Positions 46,743-64,000 of a stretch of 64,000 bases of DNA are shown piece after piece. A program made the translations under genes and the position numbers. Source of the DNA: Paraspadella gotoi (Eukaryota; Animalia; Chaetognatha); assembly GCA_051294375.1 (NCBI GenBank), contig CM119265.1:4997951-5061950 (forward strand), written 5' to 3'. The notes below the pieces were generated by a model. That model had not been told where the DNA came from, ran no database searches, and was given only the letters and a program-made list of their open reading frames with translations. How positions within the stretch are numbered: the first letter of the stretch is position 1; each line of letters begins with the position of its first letter.

Positions 46743-49689
46743 GAGAGAGAGATCCAGAATTTCTAGAATGAAAAGGGGAAAAACAACACGTTTTAGTGAT
46801 GACGATGAAATTCAAATGCAGTTTGAATTTGATATTTTGAAAATTTTTATGGAAATTTTAGTTTGTTTTTCAAAATTGATGAAAAGTACTGGGCATGGAT
46901 TGACGAAGAGAGAAAAAAACGAACACGAACCATTTCACGTATTATTCTAGTACATTTTAATTACGATCACAATATATTTCCCTCGTGAAACGAACGATCA
47001 ATCAGGTCCAAAGGTGTCTTGAGAGACTTCAAGAAGTCTTGCCAAAAAGAGAAAAGAGAGANNNNNNNNNNGAGAGAGAGAGAGTATTTCACCTCCGACC
47101 TCGAAGGGTTTTTTTAGTCGCGACTTGTCGCGACACAATAAGACGTATTCTGGTCGGTCTATCTTTGTATCTAATAATCTGTCACACTGTATAACTATAA
47201 AAAAATTAAGCTCTATTATATAATATGATATATATCTGTTAAATTTTATATAAATAATTGCTTTTTAAAGATATCGCGAAAGTAGATAAAGAATAATTAA
47301 TTACGAACGACTCATGTCTCTACTTACCTTTGTGAAAACAGTTCCATTCTTCCAATCTCTTCGTCCCCCTTCGATTGACGAGAAACGGAGTTTGAAAAAA
47401 GTTACCGAGGCCGAATTGAGGTGGTTCGCGTTTTATTGCGCCAACGCGTCGACTTCTGGTCGTCTCGAAGAAGGCGGTGCGAACGGCCTCTGGCGGCTGA
47501 GGGCGTGGCGTTCGTGGCTAACTCGATACGCGGCTGGGTACGGCGACGATTGGCCAAAGATTCCAGGCATTTTCGAGATTAATCGAGTTTCCAGGAAGCC
47601 GGCCTTCCCCTTTGCTCCTTGCCAGCGCTTCATTAGTCGGCCTTTCATCGATTTTATTCTCTCCTTTCTTCGTCTTTCGACCTTCCCGTTTTTTTATTGT
47701 TCCCTTTTTCCTCGTCACCCTCAGAGCCTTTCAACTTTGATTGGAGAAGGGGATTAATTTACGCTATTGTGTTGCTGAAGTAGCTTGGGTTCTCACTGTA
47801 CAAAAAAAAAAAAGAAAAGAAAAACTTAAATAATGAACTGATAAATAAAACTATAAAACCATTATTAAAATGAATATATACACTTGTAATCATTTTATAA
47901 TATTTATTAATGAAAAGAAAATATCAAAATATTTCATTTTTAAAAACTGATTCAGATAGCCCATAAAAAGTTACCTGTAGAAAACATAACTTTTTTTTCA
48001 GTATTTTATGTTAAAGGGTCAATATTGGAAAAAACCATAGTCATAATCAATTAATCATGTCATGTTTTTATTTAGCAAGTTTTAAAGATTTGTATATTTT
48101 TTTAAATTACATTTTTTATTTTTTTTAAGTTTTAATGGAGTCCATCAAAAGTCAATTATAATTTATAAGAACATTTTTGAGAAAAAACAGTTTTGTTTAA
48201 TGCTGTTTCCAATAACATTTAAATATTAACCTGGCGCATATATATAAAGGTATGAAAAAATTTGCCATCAAATCTGTGAAGGTCATCATAAATTGTACAG
48301 TTCACTTTGAAAACTTTTCTTTTCAATAGAATTTGATGGTAACGCCAAGAAATTCATAATGAGGGAAAACATAGACGACCTCTTACTCGATTTGGGACCC
48401 CCGTTTCCATAATGAACTTCAGACTTCAGTGGATCTTTTATGTCGCGATGTTTTCGTTGGTCTTCTACATCCATTGAATTTTCAAGAAATTGCTTTTCCT
48501 TGGGATAGGTGGTTATCAGTAAGTAAAAATGACTTATATTATATCCTAAGTTTTTAATTTAATTTTAAGTTTTCATGTACAATTCGGTTTTGTAATTAAG
48601 TTAGCCTTGGTTCTTGGTGATAATGAACCATTAGCTCTAAATTTGACATTATAAAAGCCATTCTGGGAAAAAAATAAAATTTGTTTCCAAAATAACAAGA
48701 TTTATTAGCCCCATAATTGAGACAAATTTTGATGACGGATACGTAGAGAGAAAAATCTTTTAGAATATTTCAAAATTGAAAAAAGGGGAAGAATTTATTA
48801 TGGCGAGCAACTTAAATACTAAAAATCACGAAGGGTAATACAAAACAGACGTTGATTTCTTACGATGGTTTTTTCTCTTTTTACCGGGTGAAGCCTTTAA
48901 CAGCGAGTTCGTGCCAAAAGATGGAAAGAAGGAAAGAGAATATTGTGGCGCGGGAGGAAAGAGGAACGGCGGAAGAGGAGGCGTAGGACAATTCAAACAC
49001 ACCATCGGCAACGTTCCGAAAGAGTTGGTGGGAAACACATGATGTATGAGAGAAGAATTTTTTTCCCCTGACTGGGACGAGTAAACCTGGAAAGACCAGG
49101 CGTGCAACTTACAAACTCTGAGAAATCAAGCCAACAAGGATTTAGATTACTTTTTCTCTAATATTGCAATTTTAGGAGTTAATTTATAGTCACCTCATTT
49201 CAGTTTAAGGAGGGCACGGAAGCTATGTAACGAAGCCAATTATCTTTTAATCGCTCTTGCCTCTCCTAAAAATTCTATCGTCGTAAAATTATCATATTTT
49301 TTTTTATTATATATTTTTCTAGTTCTTCAACTATTCCTCCGGTTCTCCTCCCCCTCCCTTCCCCCCTTTTCCTACTTCGTTCTCGTTTTTCACTCGCACC
49401 GAAAGTGCCGTAGCGCGAGTTAAGTGTTTTATAGTTGACGTGACGCGCGTTCGAACTCTCTCTTCTGATTGGAGGATTCTTCGATTTTCTTCGAAATCTC
49501 GTCGCTCGTCGAATCTGCTTCCCCGCGACGCATGCGCCCAGCTCTCGCCCTTGGATGTCGCCATATTACTGCTGTACATTAGAAGTTCCAAAGAAAATCT
49601 AATCGAATATTTATTTATCCGCTATTATTCGTGTCATATATCACCGTTTTGTAAATGAAAGCTAGATAATATTAAAGAAGCCCATCAAG

Positions 49690-59583
<9,894 letters not shown>

Positions 59584-62432
59584 ACGTAAAAAAAAAAAAA
59601 CAGAATCCTCGGCGCTTTCCAACCCTCTAGACCTACCAACCCAAATAAGTCATTGAACCCAACCCAACCCAACCCTACCAATTCCAGAGCATTATCACGA
59701 TTCGCGAATTGAAATTTAAAAAAAAGATTGGAGTATATCGATGCGACATTGTCTCAATGTTCGCAGATGATTTTTCAAATTCGCCCATGACCTTCTATTA
59801 TCTAGTCATTTAATAAATTAGTAGTGAATCCTAGTCAATTAACCTTCGATTCTATTTTAGAATCAACACTTTCACCCAAAAGTAATTTTCAAATCCCTAA
59901 AAAAAATCTTGTTTAGTTTTATCACCGTCAGTTTCAAATTTCTTTCGTGGCCCAAAGCTCAGATTTTATACCTTTTGAAATTGTGATTTTTTTTCCCCAT
60001 TTATCATTCTGTCGTGATTTTCACTCGTTTCCCCTTTGGGAATCAATTAACCTCACTAAGTTTTTAGCTTGTATGGCTAATCTCACGTTAGTTATTTATT
60101 TTTTTATATTCAAGTAAGGACTAAATCAGCACAATCTCATAAGTGATAAGAATGAACGCATTGTTATTAAGTTTTGATTAATTCACAGAATAAACGAGAG
60201 GGTGCTTAGACATTCGGTCTTGTGAGTTTGGTTGAGCCATTTCAATTTATTCCAATCTCGCCGATGAACAACTCCATTCCAGATTGCCCCGATCTCTTTA
60301 AGTCCCTTTTGCTTTTGCTATTGCTTAAATCATCAGGTTAAACGGCCCATCTTTTTCTTCGAGTTGTTAAGTTTGACATCGTATGTCTCTTTGTCAAGAT
60401 TGTGGAGTTCAGAAGTTCTTTTTCCAGGGAAAAATACCTTAATCATTGTTACAACTGAGTTTTTAGTCACCTCCATTAGCTTTCTACTGAGACCTAGCAG
60501 TCGTATTGTCTCAATATCGCTTTAATAGGACAGAATTATCATTCATCTCGAGGCATTTATTCTGCCCTAACACTCGCCTTCTCATGAATTCCGATTTAAT
60601 TGTGATCTCGAAGAGGACTTCACAGTAAATCTTTATATCCTTTGTATCAGAATTTTTACGTTATCTAAAAATATATTTTATTGTGGAAAATTGAGAAACA
60701 TCTTGTGAATTCTATTTTACATACTATTTTACATACTATTTTACATACTATTTAAAAGCGAGCATTTTAAGTTTTTTTTTTCTTTTCAAGGAAACGGCTT
60801 TTGCTACATATCTTTTTATTTTAGCTAAGAGCATAAGGACGAAGAGTTTCTCCTACAAGCGCCTCTGAGAAAACTTATAATCCTTATGGGTGTTCTTTGG
60901 CTTGATTCGTTTCGGCAAAATTAAATTATGCCCATTCTTGTCAATCCAAAAAAAAAAATGTTTTTTATTGGTTTTCTTTGCCAGTCGGTGTCTGGGTAAT
61001 TTTTTCCTTTTATTCTTTTTCATTTGCCACAATACTACAACTACAAGATTATTCGAGCTCCACAAATGGCAATTATACTCAGTATCGTGACGGTGATGTA
61101 GAATTTGTTTGTTTTAATAATATAAACGGCTATTTTTTTTTAACGATGTGAAAAACGATTAATTGTTGCGTGCTAATGACCCTGAATTTGTCTAGATTAT
61201 AACTAATGAATGTTTAAATTTAATTATTTTCCCTTAAACTATCATTTTTCGTATGTGAAAAACTTTAAACGGAGAATTATCGAGACTTCCTAGTTAGTCA
61301 TTGATAATTTCTTTTTCCTGTGAAAACTATGAACTAGGAATACTTTTTTTTTATTTTCAATACATAAATTATTTGCCTACTCGTGTTATACTCACTCACA
61401 TATTACCACATTTTTTAATTCTCCAAAGATAATAATTTTTTATATACTATGTTTGATATATACAGTAAGCAGTGGTGATGTTATCCATTTGAGTGTTTAT
61501 CCAGAATTGTATCCATATCTTTTATGACCTCAAGCCTGACTTGAGGTGTTACGGTAGATCCATAATGGTTGTGGAGAATTCGTTTACTTCTCAAAATATA
61601 ATTTAAAATGACTACCATCAAAATTTCTTTTCATTTGACAGTTGTGTAGTGTATTTTTATTAGTTCACCGAAATGACTAATAAGTTCTTAAGCCTTTAAA
61701 GTATATATCAATTAATTACTTTATATTAAAGAGCACCAATTTCTTTTTCGAGTTTTGGAGTCCTTTATTGGACGACTAGGGTAGAGCTAAGCTGGATGAG
61801 TACGATGAGCTCGATGTAATTATTTTTTACACTAACTAGATCAGTATTTATCTGTATTTATATCACAATGTGAGTGACTGAAAATTATCTGAAAGTTGGC
61901 CCTGGTATTGGTAATCAATAAATGATTGAATAAAACGAGGAGAGCAGTAAATGTCTCTTTTTTTTCACAGGGAAAATTATATTTATACAATAACAATGAT
62001 CGTCACCTCAAATATGTCCAAAAATGGTTTGATTCAGCACGAAATTTTATCCATGAGGTTTTACATTTACAATTAGTTTACAGCGATACCGGAAGAAGAT
62101 ACCATGATTAGTTCTATTGTTTTCGTAATAATTCGTCAACGTACAAAATACGAATTATGTACATAACTATTGACGATTCTATTCGAGTCCAGTAGTAAAA
62201 AAATCAAGCTAAGATCGACGAAGGAGAGAGATGGCTCAGTTAAAACATTCATTGAACAATGAACATGCAGAATACAAGGGAAAGAGGGTTACAAGATATA
62301 AATTTAATACCAACTGGATGTTTACAAAACGGAATGACTCGGCATTCTTATTGTTACTTTAATTCTTTACCCATGAAGTTCCCCTCAATGGTAAGAAAAG
62401 ATTTCATTTTTTTTTCTGTTCAAATATTGGGT

Positions 62433-63800
62433 TCAACTGGTTTTATCGATGAAAGAATAAATTTCGGCGAAGGTGGGCCTCTGTATGTCTTCCCTCGACC
62501 AGCAGCGTAACATGGCGTCGTAAAGAGTGGGAGGGCAGTTGAGGGGTTGGGGAAGATATGCTTGCCGTCCGGTCCCGAAGCACAGGTGGCGAAGATTCTC
62601 CACCACCTCGTCGTCGCTCAGGTGCACGAAAGGCTGCTCCTTGGCCAGCGTCAGAATTTCCCACAGAGTGATGCCGAAGGCCCAGACGTCAGTTTTGCAC
62701 GTAAACTTACCCTGAAGAAAAATTATTTCGTTTGCAAAAAAATCTTTCAATATTTCTCCCGGTCTCTTTTCCACTCACCATGAGCACCGACTCCCAGGCC
62801 ATCCACTCCAGGCCATCCACCGAATGGGCAGGACAGCCGAGCCTTCGAAGTCTGTAGTAGTCGGAGGAGTAGAGACTCCGACTCATTCCGAAGTCGGAGA
62901 CTTTGATGGTGAATCGGCGCCGACGAGGCAATTCGCGTGGCAAGTCTCGGTGCACCAGGTTCAAGCTCTCTAGATACTTCATGCCGGATGCGATCTGGCC
63001 CGCCATGTACATCAGGGTGTTGAAACTGTTTAAATTTTATCAAATAAGAATGATGATTTAAATTTCAATTGTTTTTGACGTTTGCTTGCCATTAGCTAAG
63101 GAAAATAAAAGTTAAAATAATAATGCCAGAATGAGTTCTCTGAAAAACTACATCTTATTAGTTAATTTAATTGAAAAAGTTTTTTCAAGATAAATAAAGG
63201 GTCTTTTGTTTTTTTTTTCAGAGATTTTTTCATTGGAATTTTGCGACCTCTAGTAAAAAAGTTAATAATTTAATCATAGCCTTTATATAAACATAAGAAC
63301 AATCTTCTAATACCATTGTGAAATTTGTGATTAAAGAGATAAAAAAAACAATGGTGTCGATATTTACGCCTTACCTCAAGCAATCAGCGTTGGTCATCTT
63401 GGCGATGTTGCTCTCCGGGACGTGTTGCAAGAACTGATTAAGGTCCCCGTACTTCATGTACTCGACGATCATGAAGCTCGCGCTCCGTGCAGACGCCGAG
63501 GACACGGATGATGTTTGGGTCGCTGAGTCTTCCGATGATCTTCATCTCTTTGTAAAAATCGTCCCTGCGTAATAAATGAAAAAAAAAAAAAAAATCAAAT
63601 ATTTTAAAAACTAAAACTAATTTACATACCAAACATCGATAATTATGATCAATTGACAAATATTAACTGTTATCACACCTTGCGTTTTGAGTAGCGCCCT
63701 CCCTGAGGGTCTTAACGGCTACGGATTCGGGTCGATCGAGTTCCTCGAACATCTCCGTCCCGATGATCTCGACCAGGTCCTTCACTTCGCAGAGGTGAAC
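62433..63800 (-). CDS. DDR: Second DDR-like kinase, 3' part. Exons 63800-63679, 63564-63375, 63025-62779, 62711-62433; apparent indels
   Basis: VHLCEV...VAVKTLR, DFYKEMKI, QIASGMKYLESLNLVHRDL, KVSDFGMSRSLYSSDYYR, GKFTCKTDVWAFGITLWE. Confidence 0.9.
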
Positions 63801-64000
63801 CTATTCACGATTTATTGCGGAATTAATCCCAGGCAATTAATCATTTAATCAACTATATATTATACTACAGAGTCCATATAATATGTACAATATTCTACAT
63901 TGTACAGTCTTTCGAATTGTACAAAATTAATAGGTAGAGTGTGTAACTAAAATCCTTCATTCCGACGGAATTTCCGTGCCTCATTTTGAATTACGCTAGA

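Overview
AT-rich, intron-dense animal (invertebrate-like) genomic DNA with one assembly gap (N at 47062-47071). Nine spliced genes can be reconstructed. In order: 3' part of a discoidin-domain receptor kinase (+); a secreted chymotrypsin-type protease with a C-terminal CBM14 chitin-binding domain (-); BICRA/GLTSCR1-like (-); NAT8/Camello-like GNAT (+); SLC25A33/36-like carrier (+); PX-domain SGK (-); classical dynamin (+); a ZIP8/14-type metal transporter nested antisense in a dynamin intron; and the 3' part of a second DDR paralog (-). The most striking signal is non-coding. What looks at first like a tRNA-derived SINE is the LTR of miniature non-autonomous LTR retrotransposons, built as LTR-PBS-~200 bp-PPT-LTR, with 4-bp TSDs, non-canonical TA..CA or TG..TA ends, a tRNA-like Pol III promoter inside the LTR, and no T4 terminator. 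Two distinct families share the same PBS. Family B and two further LTR-like elements share a covarying hairpin module. Dynamin shows two mutually exclusive exon pairs, one with a steric-interference signature. All calls come from manual reading; no database searches were run.
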